From assembly GCF_028641065.1 (NCBI RefSeq), contig NC_073387.1:45260001-45324000 (forward strand): DNA of 64,000 bases. The letters run 5' to 3'. Both the position numbers and the translations under genes were made by a program. Source of the stretch: Leucoraja erinacea. Its lineage: Eukaryota. Shown piece after piece: positions 1-12,119 of this stretch. Numbering within the stretch: the stretch's first letter is position 1; every line of letters starts with the position of its first letter. Under the pieces are notes generated by a model. It was not told the DNA's origin and ran no database searches. It worked only from the letters and a program-made list of their open reading frames with translations.

Positions 1-142
1 TCCTGTTTCATGCATTTTGTGTTTTTATGACATTTCCCTCCTGGGCTAAATAAAGTTCTATTGCATCGTTTTGTAAATAGCTCAATTTTTAAAGTGAAAA
101 ATTGTAAATGGAAAATCATGTGTGAATTTTTCTGTCTTCCAG

Positions 143-238
143 ATTGTTATTCCATTTTTCAGCCTGCTGATCAAAGATATTTACTTCTTAAATGAGGGTT
201 GTGCAAACCGTCTTCCCAATGGACATGTCAATTTTGAG
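143..238 (+). CDS. RASGEF1C: RasGEF domain family member 1C, internal coding exon (IVIPFFSLLIKDIYFLNEGCANRLPNGHVNFE)
   Basis: ttccag acceptor at 141-142, GAG|gtaagt donor at 239; 96 nt, phase 0/0; CDC25-type RasGEF motif IPFFSLLIKDIYFLNEG...NFEK. Confidence 0.93.
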
Positions 239-1325
239 GTAAGTTATCAGCAGTTCTTGTGCTATGCTGACAAACATTCCGTTTTTACCATGAGTGATGG
301 TTGTACCAAAAGCAAAAAGGTTGCTCATATTTGTTTCTTACATTTGCAAATATTAGGCATTATGCACAAAAATAGGAAAATTGGAAGACCGATGCTTGAA
401 TGCAGCTATTTTCCAAGTGACTATCTCACAAAGCGTGAGGCTTTCTAGCTGTCTACTCTGTACAGTGTCATACAGCACAGTTTGCAGGCACATTACCAAG
501 GAATGCTAACTCTGATTAATGTATATATCCCAGATGATGCAATAACATTATATTATTCCTCCCAGCCATCCACCCATTCTCCATCACCATCCCACAGTGG
601 GCAAGGTGTGTTAAAACATCTACTGAACATTGGCATTATGGTCAAGCACCTTCACTTGTACCAGAAGTAATAGTTTATCCTTGTATCGATACCCATTGAA
701 GGAACCACTGCCGCCATTTCTCGCAACCACAAAACAATTCCCAAATAGAACCAACCATGCTTCATCCTGATGATCACTGCTACACGTGTGGCTGGGAAAC
801 GAACAGAACTTCACAAAACAAGAGGATATATAGTTCTGCCATTGGAAAGTGTTAACTAGGAGAGTGGGAGGCCGTGGTATATCAGAAAATAACTCTGCTG
901 TGTAGGTTCTTCTTGCGCATTCACAACATTTGGTGTAGAGCAACATGGATAGAAACCTCTCAGTAAGTTCACCACAGTTTGAGATCAAATTTGTGTTTGG
1001 GCAAAGAAATTACGTTGAAAGAAACAATGAACGTTATCTCAATGGTATATTTTTGTAAACTTCACTAAACCTTAAATATATATATTTTTAAACTGATGAT
1101 AAAAATGGATTCAGCCATTGGTGTAAAATTAGATAAACCTTTTGAAGAACTACATTTAGAACAAAAAAAAATGTTAGCGTGTTTTATTCCATGCAAATAC
1201 AGTTAGTTTTCTGATGTTTAAAGCCACTGGTTAAAATATTTTAAGATCTGTTCCCATTATTTCCAAATTGCAGAAATTTAGAAAGGTTATGTTTTGAGAA
1301 TTAATATAATAAATCTTTTTTATAG

Positions 1326-1449
1326 AAATTTTTAGAACTGGCCAAACAAGTAGGAGAATTTATGATGTGGAAGCAGGTGACATGTCCATTTGAAGTCGAT
1401 CAAAATATCATCCATTATCTTCACACTGCTCCTGTCTTCTCCGAGGATG
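1326..1449 (+). CDS. RASGEF1C: RASGEF1C internal coding exon (KFLELAKQVGEFMMWKQVTCPFEVDQNIIHYLHTAPVFSED)
   Basis: tttttatag acceptor, G|gtaagt donor at 1450; frame continues from the previous exon; KFLELAKQVGEF matches my recollection of the 1C paralog. Confidence 0.93.
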
Positions 1450-1871
1450 GTAAGTTGTTGTCTCGTTGATCATTTAGTGTGTAATTTATTTCGCTATATC
1501 GTTAACATTTTATTTTTTAGTTAATCATTATCTCACTTGCCACTCTGCTGGAAGATGACACAAGCTTTAGTACTCTCTGAGGCAATAGCAGAATGTTCCT
1601 GATTAACCTGATGGAGGAAGCAGTGTATTGGTGCTGATGCATTGATCAGCTAAAGCTCTAGGTTACACTGCAGCACTATAGGGACTTTATAACCTTGTGT
1701 AAAGGCAACTGAAAGCATTTCCCCCTCATCCTTAACTATCTCCAGTTTTCTAGAACCCAAATGGGATTTGGGTTCTAAATAACTAGAGCAGTGAGCAAAC
1801 GCCACATATTGTCAAGAGTTGGTCCCTGAAAGGAAATACAGACAATAAAATTGTGCAATACAGACAATTTA

Positions 1872-2532
1872 AGGGGCTGTCCCACAGCGGCGACCTAATC
1901 CGTGAGTTAAGAAGAGTGTCTTTGACCTTCAAGCTCGAGGGCACTCGCCTGGAAAACCTCGAGCTGGATCGACCATCCGCGTTGAAACCGCGAGCTGGAT
2001 CGACCGACCGCACACAAACACATCGCAAAGACGGGGGCCAGGGAAAGCGGGGGAGCGCTGTCTGAAATTCACACCTGCGATGAAGAGGAAGTACTATGGT
2101 AAGTCCTTTAGAGAGCGGGGAGGGGGGGGGGGGGGGGAGAGAAGGGGAGAGAAGGGGGGGGGAGAAGGAATGGAGGACACTTTTGAGAAGTATAATACAG
2201 CTTAGCGGGCATTTTACCTACCGGTAGGTTTTCCCTGGTCCTGAAAACTCCAATGAGCCAATCAAAATGCCAGGTCAGCGAAGGAGATTGCCTACGGCTG
2301 CCCTCGACTGCCTGTAACTAAATAGCGACCCCACTCCACTGCACTACGAGTTAAAAAGAACCATGCCAACCAAATTTTACTCACGGAAAATGTTTCAACA
2401 TGCTGAAAATTTTTCTACGACCTAACTGAGGCATGGAGTATTCGGGAACTTCCTTCGAACATGAAGGAGAGTTCCAGTGACCTCATAGGACCTGCTATGA
2501 CCATGTGTCAACCATGCTGCGAGTTTGAGTCG
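1872..2532. mobile_element. Non-autonomous DNA transposon (MITE), right end truncated; same family as 46832-47537
   Basis: Starts AGGGGCTGTCCCAC..GGCGACCTAATCC; colinear with the 46832 copy. Confidence 0.75.
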
Positions 2533-2789
2533 ATTTTTCTATTTTATTCATATATTTATTATTACCATCTATTCTTAACAATCTAAGTTTGGCTCAATAC
2601 TATTACTAATAATCATCCCAACTTTTAGTTTCAAAACCCAACAAGATTAGGATTATAATAAATGTAATAATAAATGAGGCTGTATTATTTTAAGTATGGC
2701 TTTACACCATATGAATAGTAAATTAAGCTATTTTTCAAAGCTTTAAAAGAAATGAAATAACAGAACTTGCATTCTGTTCCTATTCTAAG

Positions 2790-2862
2790 GTTTGTATTTA
2801 GCATCATATGAGAGTGAAAGTCCAGAAAATCAAGTTGAAAAGGAAAGATGGAAAGCTTTAAG
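2790..2862 (+). CDS. RASGEF1C: RASGEF1C penultimate coding exon (GLYLASYESESPENQVEKERWKALR)
   Basis: ttctaag acceptor, AG|gtaaag donor at 2863; phase 1/2, in frame. Confidence 0.93.
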
Positions 2863-3189
2863 GTAAAGAATATTTCTATTGTTAGTATATTTCAAAAGCT
2901 GTAAGATGTATCGACTTTAATACATTTGCTTTAAATGTTATTACACTTTTTCCAACAGAAGGCAAAAATAATTTGCATAAGTTGCATAAATCAGATCTCA
3001 CAGCATAGAAACAGGCCACTGTTGCCATTCTGATGTTTATGTTCCTCGACATGACCTCTTCAATTCATAGCACAGGAACAGGCCCATGAGCTCACAATCA
3101 TCTCACAATAATCCATTTTGCTCCATTCCCTGCATATACATATGCCCATCCAAAAGTCTCTTAATTGCGAATGTGCTTTCCATTATCGT

Positions 3190-3415
3190 TCTACGATACG
3201 ATATGATAGAACTTTGTTTCTCCCAGGAGGGAAATTGATCTGCGAACAGTCATAAAACACATGATACATGAAACATGAAATTAAAGTGACAAGTGGACAT
3301 GCAAAGATTTGGGGAGGGTGGGGTGGAGAGTCAGTCTACCCCACGACAAAAGGGCAAGGAGTTGCACAGTTTGATAGCCACAGAGAAGAAGGATCTCATG
3401 TGCTTTTCTGGACTG
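3190..3415 (-). mobile_element. Rex1/RTE-like LINE 3' fragment
   Basis: (TACGA)n tail; related to positions 1-70 and 36560-36627. Confidence 0.5.
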
Positions 3416-3803
3416 CTTTGTGTTCTCTGACTAAATAAAGCTTTTTCCTAACTTTTCTATGTTTATCGATGGCTTTCTAGTTATCATTCCTTGCAGTTGG
3501 TACAAAGCATTATTTCGCACATGCTGATTTATTTAAAATAGAACTACTTTTGTGGTTACAATAGAATATAATTGAATCAAATGAAGGGACCAGTTCAGTA
3601 AGTGCGAAGTTTGACAACTCTGGAGTTACGGAAAAACCCTATAATCCGCTATCCTGCTCAGAAATCCCCAACGGTTTAACATTTGGCTCACAGGCGTCCT
3701 GTTGGATACTGATGAATTTGTCTCCTGTGCTTCCTTTAAGCTTACCTGGTTTACTCGAAAATGTATTATACCACTGTGTAACATCTTAAGAAAAAGTGAA
3801 TTA

Positions 3804-4168
3804 AGTCAAGTCAAGTCAAGTCAAGTTTATTTGTCACATACACATACGAGATGTGCAGTGAAATGAAAGTGGCAATGCTCGCGGACCTTTGTGCAAAAGA
3901 CAAACAACAAAACAACCAAACAAATTATAAACACAATCATAACACACATATTCTTTTACATAATAAATAATGGAAAGAAAAAACGTTCAGTAGAGTTAGT
4001 CCCTGGTGAGATAGGCGTTTACAGTCCGAATTGCCTCTGGGAAGAAACTCCTTCTCAAACTCTCCGTTCTCACTGCATGGCAACGGAGGCGTTTGCCTGA
4101 CCGTAGCAGCTGGAACAGTCCGTTGCAGGGGTGGAAGGGGTCTCCCATGATTTTATTTGCTCTGGAGT
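3804..4168 (-). mobile_element. Rex1/Babar-like LINE 3' fragment with (AAGTC)n tail
   Basis: Minus-strand peptide HP...FQLLRSGKRLR...RTESLRRSFFPEAIR, typical C-terminus of Rex1-type RT ORFs. Confidence 0.7.
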
Positions 4169-4244
4169 TAAAGTTGCATTGGTGTATTAATAGGGTAATA
4201 GCCAATAGTTCAAAAAAATCTAAGTCCAGCACCAAAATCCTGAA

Positions 4245-4339
4245 GTCTGAAGAAGGGTTTCGGCCCGAAACGTTGCCTATTTCCTTCGCTCCATTAATGC
4301 TGCTGCACCTGCTGAGTTTCTCCAGCACTTTTGTCTACC
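4245..4339 (+). mobile_element. Penelope-like terminal repeat with minimal hammerhead-like core
   Basis: GTCTGAAGAAGGGTTTCGGCCCGAAACGTTGCC followed by the recurrent ATGCTGC..CTGCTGAGTT.CTCCAGCA motif. Confidence 0.65.
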
Positions 4340-4569
4340 ATCCTGAAAGTGTTAAAATATTTTATCACAGCAGGAGTTCGGTGTATTCTCTACACCAACG
4401 TAACAAAAATATCTGTTCTTACCATAGACTGGATTAATGGATTTGTCTATTAAGTATAATTATGATTTGAAATGATTGAATTTGTAAATGAATTATAAGT
4501 ATTAGAATATTCTGTTTCTCAGTAACATTGTTTCGATTCTATGGTAACAAGCAATTCTATGGTAACAAA

Positions 4570-4950
4570 CATAATTAAGATAGAGAGGGCGCGGAAAAGA
4601 TTCATGAGGATGTTGCCAGAACTGGAGGAGAAACCAGATAGAGTGGGCTAGTTTTCTTTGGAGCAAAGGAGGCTGAGGGGTGATCTTACAGAGGTTTATA
4701 AAAACATGAAAGGCATAGATGAGGTGGATGGTCACAGTCTTTTTCCCAATCTAGGGGAGCCTTAAACTAAAGGGCACTGATTCAAGGTCAGAGGAGAAAT
4801 ATAACAATGGGACCTGAGGAGCAAGTTTTCACATAGTGGGTATATAGAACAAGCTGCCTGAGGAAGTGTTAGAGGTGGATATCATTTATGTTTAAAAGAC
4901 ACTTAGAATGGTTCCAAGATAGGAAAGGTTCAGATGGATAAGGGTCAAAT
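4570..4950 (+). mobile_element. Decayed CR1-like LINE 3' fragment
   Basis: Degenerate similarity to the intact copy at 39474-40092. Confidence 0.6.
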
Positions 4951-4953
4951 GAC

Positions 4954-5208
4954 TCAGGTTCCTGACCAATCCTGACCTTGGGTAGTGTCTCTGTGGAGTT
5001 AACACTGTGACTGTGTGAGTTTCCTCCACATGCTCCGATTCCTCAATCCCACATCCCAGAGACGTGTGGGTTTGTAAGTTAATTGCCCTCTGTAAATTGC
5101 AAAAGTGGGATTACATAGAACTAGTATGAACGGATGTTTGATGGTTGGCGTGGCTCGGTGGATGAAGGACCTGTTTCCGTGCTGTATCTCTAAAGTAACT
5201 AAACTAAA
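4954..5208 (+). mobile_element. V-SINE/HE1-like SINE
   Basis: Central TTTCCTCC..ATGCTCCG.TTCCTC..CCCACATCCCA domain and GTGCTGTATCTCTAAA(CTAAA)n tail; homologous to 49741 and 59450 copies. Confidence 0.65.
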
Positions 5209-5320
5209 TGTGGGTAAATGGGATTAGCTCAGGAAGGTTGGCAGAGATGAGATAGGTCGAAGGGTCTTTTGTTATGTTGTTTGACACTACGACTATGTTT
5301 GTCTGATTTTTCTCTTTCAG

Positions 5321-5345
5321 ATCATCCCTCTTGGGAAAAACATGA
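5321..5345 (+). CDS. RASGEF1C: RASGEF1C last coding exon (SSLLGKT-stop)
   Basis: tttctctttcag acceptor; TGA at 5343-5345; resembles the recalled human C-terminus RSSILGKT. Confidence 0.9.
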
Positions 5346-6925
5346 TTAGATGGAAGAAGAAAGACTCAATGCTTCCGGTAGTATCGCTTGCACTATTGAC
5401 TTTGTGGACCAGCAAATACCTGGATTTTCTTATGAACTTTGATGAGCAGGATTCATCAATAAAAGTTAAACTGACACACAGAGAAAAATTATTCCTTCCC
5501 CCATTGCAATTCTTTGAACAAAAGCAGTATTTAAGTTGTGCAGGTGCTATAAAGGGAAAACTGAATAATATTGAAATTACAGAAGAAACTGAAACATAAA
5601 TCTTTTTGTCTCAATAAATTACTGTGTCAGGATTTTTTTTTTAATAATGTGGGCACTGGATTGCTCATGTTTTCGACTCTACTTGAATTGGGTTTGAATA
5701 TATGAGCTGTGTTCAAGAAGCAGTGGATTCACTATGCTCTTTATCTCAACTGGAACAGAACACTTCCATCTGAGGGAGGACTCTACTAGACTGATATTCA
5801 GTTGTGTACAGTACTTGGTAACTCTACAGTGTTGTCATGTTTAACTCAGTACGTACCAGACCTGGTCACATGCATGCATTTAAAATGTCTCATTAAAGTT
5901 TGAATTATTGTCATTTTTAACTTGCTTGTTTAGCAAATTGAAACAATTCACCACTAATGCTGATAAATCAATAAAGGCATACATAATGTATATATAAATC
6001 TCATCAAGCACTGTGCTGTTTCAGTTGTGAAAAAACTTTGGATTCCAAAATATAATTTCAGTTAAGCCAAATGCACATTGCAATCACTGTTTAATATAAC
6101 ATTTGAAGCTGGAATATATAATAGGTAATGGAGACTTAAACTGAGTGCAATTACATAATGTCTGTAACATCTCCATAAATGTATTATAATTTCTTAAATG
6201 GACTTAAATGGGACAGAAGCATGCTGTTTCCAGCAATGTGGTGATATTTTTTATAAAATTATGATTTTCACATAGAATAAAATTCTGCTTAGGGCTGCTA
6301 ACAGTCAACTGAACAAACATATTGATAAGGAATATTACAAAAACTAAGTCTGCTGTGTATGATTATACCACAGAAATAATTATATTTCCGGGAATCAAAG
6401 ACATTCAAATACCCGTTATAGTGTAAATGTATAACAATGGCATCTGATCAAAGTAACAAATAGAAAGGTTTTTTGTACATTCATGTAAATATTGTCATAC
6501 ATATTACTGAAATGTACATACATGTTCTGATCTTCTTTGCCTTGCATCTAATTGCAAGTAATTGTTTAACAAACAGTTTATTTAATAAATTGTTTGTCAA
6601 TTACTTTATCCTTTTAACAATTAAACTAGAATTATCAAGATCACCCAAATCAATGCAGCTCATATCTACCACCTTCGGACGAGTGGTAAATGTGTCCAAA
6701 GTTCTGGCTATTATTGAACGCACAGTATCATGTCTGTAACTGAATCTTAATGTGCACAGTTCGCCATTTTGTGCTGGATCATACTTGCCATTCTGATATT
6801 TCATTACCATATTTCACTTGAAAATCAGTTGTCAAATACAGTAAGCCTAAAATAGCATGCTTCCATCCACAGTTTTGTATTCTTTATTTGCTTTAAAAAA
6901 AATAAAGTTGCAGCGGTGGTAATTA
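5346..6925 (+). other. RASGEF1C: RASGEF1C 3'UTR with several AATAAA signals (5613, 5970, 6276, 6584, 6901)
   Basis: AT-rich, no recognisable TE, follows the stop codon; true 3' end is uncertain. Confidence 0.55.
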
Positions 6926-7343
6926 AAATGTATTTGTTTTATACTGCTTTATGAGATTAATAATTGAAATATTGTTTATAATCGGGCTAATTTATCTGTG
7001 CATAGAATTTATATATATATATATGTAATTTATACTGTGTTCTAACAGTTTGGCTGAATTGTTATCAATTTCTAATTTTTGTACCCATGTGAATGTTTTA
7101 AATTCTTCTAATAAATTAAGTGAGCCATTATAATCATGAAACAGTTTGAAACGTTGTTGCAATCTATTTTTCATTATGAGGAGCTTCATCGTTAGCCAGC
7201 ACACCATTTAAGAAGGTCCTGGCTGATTTGACTGCAAGCTCAACTCCACATTTCCATCCACTCGCAGAGTAATTCTTCATCCCATTTCTTAGTAAGAATT
7301 TACATAGAACAGTACAGCATAAGAACTGGCCCTTCTGCCCTCA

Positions 7344-7432
7344 AAGGTACACAAAAATGCTGGAGAAACTCAGCGGGTGCAGCAGCATCTATGGAGCGAA
7401 GGAAATAGGCAACGTTTCGGGCCAAAACCCTT
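7344..7432 (-). mobile_element. Penelope-like terminal repeat inserted in an older LINE fragment (about 7300-7780)
   Basis: Reverse complement of 4254-4339; flanked by a repeated CCTTCTGCCCTCAA. Confidence 0.6.
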
Positions 7433-9546
7433 ACCGCCCTCCTTCTGCCCTCAATGTCTGTGCCGAACAAGATCATCTCTTATCTGCCTGCACATAATCT
7501 ATATCCTCCCATTCCCTGCATATTCATATGCCTACTCACAAGTCTCTTGAATTCTGCTATGGTATCTGCCACCATCAGCACTCTGGGCAACGGGTTCCAG
7601 GCACTCACTACCCTCTGTGTATAAAAACTTGCCCCACACATCTCCTTTAAACTTTGCCCCTCTAACCTATAAAGCTATGTCCTCAAGTATTAAATATTTC
7701 CATTCTGAGAAAAAGATTCTGACTGCTACCGTATCTATGCCTCTCATAACTTTATGTATCTTTTCAGGTCCCGCTCAGCTCCTACTTCAGCTTTCAACAC
7801 TCTGAAAGGATCGCGAGTCTTTGGAACACACTTTCTCAGGAAAGGCAAAATTATCTGTCATAGATCGGTTCTCCCAAAAGAGAAAAACATCCTTTCCACA
7901 ATCCATCCTTCAAGAAAACCTTGGTATCCTCAGACACATGTAAACTGCACGGATACAGGTTAACCCCATCCAACATTTTTTTTCATGCAGCCATTCCAGA
8001 ACTCAAAGGTCTGGACAAAAAAAAATCTCTACAATGCCTTTTCCTCCCACAGATGCTGCTTGACCATTGAATTCCAGTGGGTTTGTTTTTTGCACCTTGC
8101 CAAATATTTGCTGTATCTGCATGCCAAACTTAGGCAATTCAAAGGTTTCAAAGGTCTTTTATTGTCCCGTGTACCAATTAAGGTGATATTCATATTACCG
8201 TACATGAATACCCTTGACCCCATGGACCTCAGTGAACACTCACCTCTTAGATAATGTGCGTTTTTAAAGATATTTGTCACCAAAACAAATAATTGACGAC
8301 CCACCTTTGAGATGCAATTAGTCCATGTTAAAAGTTAATGTCAGGATTTGATAGGTGTTGTGAAGAAATATTGCAAAACTTTTTTCCTTATATACTCGGT
8401 AATGTTCACCTCAAGGAATTGGAAAGGTTGCATTGCATCCAACTGTAGTCTGATATCCTTTCTTTAATCCAGTCTTTAGACCACTTTTACTACTTAAGGG
8501 CCTGGAAACTGTTCAATACCAATTTTATTGTTGAAATAGTGTTACGAGTCACCCTAATGCTGTTTGTGAAAGATACAAAAACAGAACTTCAAAGGCAAGG
8601 TTTGAGATGGAGACTGCGAGAGAAGCCATCTGGTTCATTCATCTTTCGGAAAGGAAATCTGCCAATCTCACCCAATATCTGATTCCGGACCAACAAATAT
8701 GGCTGGTACTTAACCGCCCTGTGGTATAGCTACAAAGCCGCTCAGTTGAATTATATCCGCTACAATGAAACCGGAAAAGAACAAAATCAGATGGATGACC
8801 CAGCATAAATCTAGGCACTAAATCTGGACTTTAAAAAGTCAGTCTCAACCCATCTGTACAGTATATCCTCTCAAACATCTAGGAACAAGTGTCTAAATTG
8901 AAAGAACTGTCTCAGAGACTCGTCACGGAGCAACTGACATACGTGGCCTTATTATTGACACCCACATCTTGAGAAATTAATGATTAAATGGTTTCCACCA
9001 GTTGCAACAACATAACAACAGATATTATTTATGCAGGTAATTCCTAATGGGACTTACAATTATAGAAGCCTCGCTCTTCCTTCTCCTGAACCAGCTTCTG
9101 TGGTCAAAAGAGAGTGGGCGACAACTGCCTGGGGATTAGAGGACTTGGATAAGCTGGTGAACGGTGAACTCAGGTTACTTGTCCAGATGGACCATTGAGA
9201 AACATCACGGCCATGGTGAGGAGATCCTGGCATGAGTATATCATTTGTCTCTTTATCTAAGCCAGGCTATTAATGAATTGGAAGCCAATTAGAGAGGGTT
9301 TACTAGACTGATGCGTGGAATTGGTAAGATATCTTATGAGAAAAGAACACCCAAGCTTTGCTTATATTGCAGAACTTTAGAAGGTATATAAGACACCTTG
9401 ATTGAAACATAATCGTGTTCTTGACAGGGTGGATGTGAAGAGATGTTACCTCTTGCATAGAAAAATGCAAAACTAAGGATCTCAAAGGATGGTGGAATCA
9501 GAGTTTTAAAAATATATATATATAAAATATATATATGATTGATACC

Positions 9547-9853
9547 TGTTGTGTTTGATAAATCACTGGATTCAGATACCAGTTTTGATTCACTCAGCAA
9601 TTTATTACACTATTCAATAAAGCACATACACTCATGTATCCCCGAATATCCCCGAATGCACTCACAAACCCCGAGTACACAGCAGAGCACGCCGCAGGAT
9701 GTTTCTACATACACTCGTGTAAACCCGTACACACTCGTAAACTCAGCAACACCTCAGCAGTGCACACCGCAGGATGTTCCTGTTCACGATCACCCGATAC
9801 CATTCACGACACAGTCCATGGTTGAGGTTCTCTCTCTGAAAGGGCGCCCAACA
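9547..9853 (-). mobile_element. Candidate LTR (TGTTG...CAACA termini, internal AATAAA)
   Basis: 5-bp terminal inverted repeat, poly(A) signal on minus strand, followed by GGTATCA (primer-binding-site-like); no clean TSD. Confidence 0.4.
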
Positions 9854-10685
9854 CCAAACTTTATGGTATTTCTTATCAAAGCAGACCGTACATCCATAGA
9901 AAAATTAAAAAAAAGAAAAATGACACAACGCATTATAAAATTCAACATGAACGTCCCCCCACAACAGAATCAAAATTTTCCACTGTGAGGAAAGGCACCA
10001 GAGAGTTCAGTCCTCTTCCTCTGTAATCACCCGAGGTCGGGGCCTATTTGTGGCCTCCGCAGCCAGACCGATGTTTTCAGGCCCTCTTGCCGGGAAGATG
10101 GAACAAATTTGAAAACTTCTCACAGCATGGAAATGTCTGGAGCGGCCGCTTCCTCCCCGGAGACCGCGGCACCCGATGTCCTCAGGCCGCGCTGGTTGGA
10201 GCTCCGACTCTGGCGATCTCGAATCCCAGGCTCCGCGGTGTTTTAAATTCAGCACCGCCCGCGGCTGGACGCTCCGCAGCCACAGCTCCTCGGATGTTGG
10301 AGTCGGCGGTCACAGCACTCCGGAGCGTACCGCACGACGACCCGGTAAGGCATCGCCCGCTCCGTTATGGTGTCCCAGCGCTGTGCCGCTGCCGAAGCTG
10401 TAGTCCCAGCCAGTCACGACAGGAAACGCCGCTCCAGTCCGATGGTAGGCCGCGAGGAAGGGGCGAAGAAGCAGCTCGGAGGAAAGCCGCCTCTCCGACC
10501 AGGTAGGGACTAGGAAATAAAGTTTCCCCCTTCCCCTCCCCCCACCCACTACATAAAAGAAGACCTCCAACAAACATTTTGGTGTAACAGGACTGAAAAT
10601 AAAAAAGGGTGAAAGGACGGACTGCAGGCAGAGCAGCCATACACAACGGCGTCCTACTCCTGCAGTCCGCCATCTTGAAGTCCAC
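9854..10685 (-). mobile_element. GC-rich non-autonomous retroelement-like repeat starting GGACTTCAAGATGGCG
   Basis: CpG-rich block; 3' part resembles 48240-48300 of the 47880-48408 element. Confidence 0.5.
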
Positions 10686-12051
10686 TAAGGGATCTTAGTG
10701 TATAGATCTTATCTGTGATCTTAGTGGTCTAAGGGTATAGTATATTACATATACTATACACATATACATCAAGTAAACTTGAGTAAAATATATAGAGCAA
10801 ATGGAAAAATCAAAAATGCAGAATATAGTTCTAAGCAGTGTAGGCAAAGTCCAATATCCACAATGGGGTAGAGATGAAGCGGATAGTAATCTCGCTAGTG
10901 TGGAAGTTTACACGAGTAGGCAAGAATGTGAAATTACAGCCATAAATTCATTAAATGATGAAGGTGGCTTGGAAGTCTGAGAGGCTTACTACTGCTCCAA
11001 ATCCATACATACCAATGACTGAAGAAATGGTTATTCACTACAATGTGACTAAGTCTTCAAGATCAGAGACAATAGAACTCAAATTTGAAAGTGGGTATTT
11101 GTGAGCAGCCATTGTAATCTACCAACATTTCCTACACTTCTTGAACAGCATTTCTGAAACCCTCTGCGTTTAATCATCAGCTCAGCCCAAGAAAATTTCT
11201 AACAAAAGGTATACAAGTATTTCGAAGGATTTAGAGGAATAGAGCTCATTACAGGTGTTTCTGCGTATGAACACTTCTAATTATGTCTTGAGAAGTTTTG
11301 TGTAAAAATGTCAAGGCATAATTAGAGGTGTTCTTACCCCAATGCAACAAATGGTCAAAAGTATAAAATTAAATTAAATTTCATGGCATCATGTTCCTTC
11401 TTTAGTACTGTATGTGTATCAGCAAGCAACGAGTGATCCACTCAAAGACAAGGTGCTTTAGAAAATGTTGACATTGACAGATTAATCAAGAATCCTGTGG
11501 CTGTTTACACTTGCTCAATATCGAAGTTTCGCTTTGAAAAGGCAAACAAATAATCATTCAAAGATTTAATTTAGGGTGATGTAGACTTCTTCAAGAAAAA
11601 TTTGTAAGAAATGGCGCTAAAACATTTAAAAGTGGCGTTCATCAGAAAAAAATGTTCTTTGGTATAATCTTGAAGAAATTCAGTTATTAATTTTTTGGGG
11701 ATCTATGTATCATTGACAAGGACCTCTTGGCAGCTCAACCCTAATAGTCCTTGAGCTGAGTAACCTTCTAGGGCTGTTCAGTGTCAACCATATTGCTGTG
11801 TATCTGAGGTTACATATGCCAGATTGGGTAAGGATAGTAATTCTTCTCTCCTGAATGACATTAGTGAATCAGATGGGTCATTATCAATTGAATTAACATT
11901 TCCACAGTCACCACAATGTAATATAATGTGTTGTTGGAACACACTATATTGTTAGAACAGGCTACTGGGTTTATAGTCCATTAAGTAAATTGATGATGCT
12001 AAAAGCAATACATCTCATTCTGGATCAGCATTGCAGCACAATGGACAACAC

Positions 12052-12119
<68 letters not shown>
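12052..12119. repeat. (TAA)n microsatellite, tail of a minus-strand LINE-like fragment (to about 12350)
   Basis: About 22 perfect TAA units. Confidence 0.9.

Noticed and set aside
5342-5599. 85-aa ORF overlapping the RASGEF1C stop (ATGA)
   Set aside because: No recognisable homology; length is within chance expectation for a 3'UTR
9539-10685. Cluster of ORFs or a CpG-island promoter
   Set aside because: Better explained by repeat elements; no associated exons found
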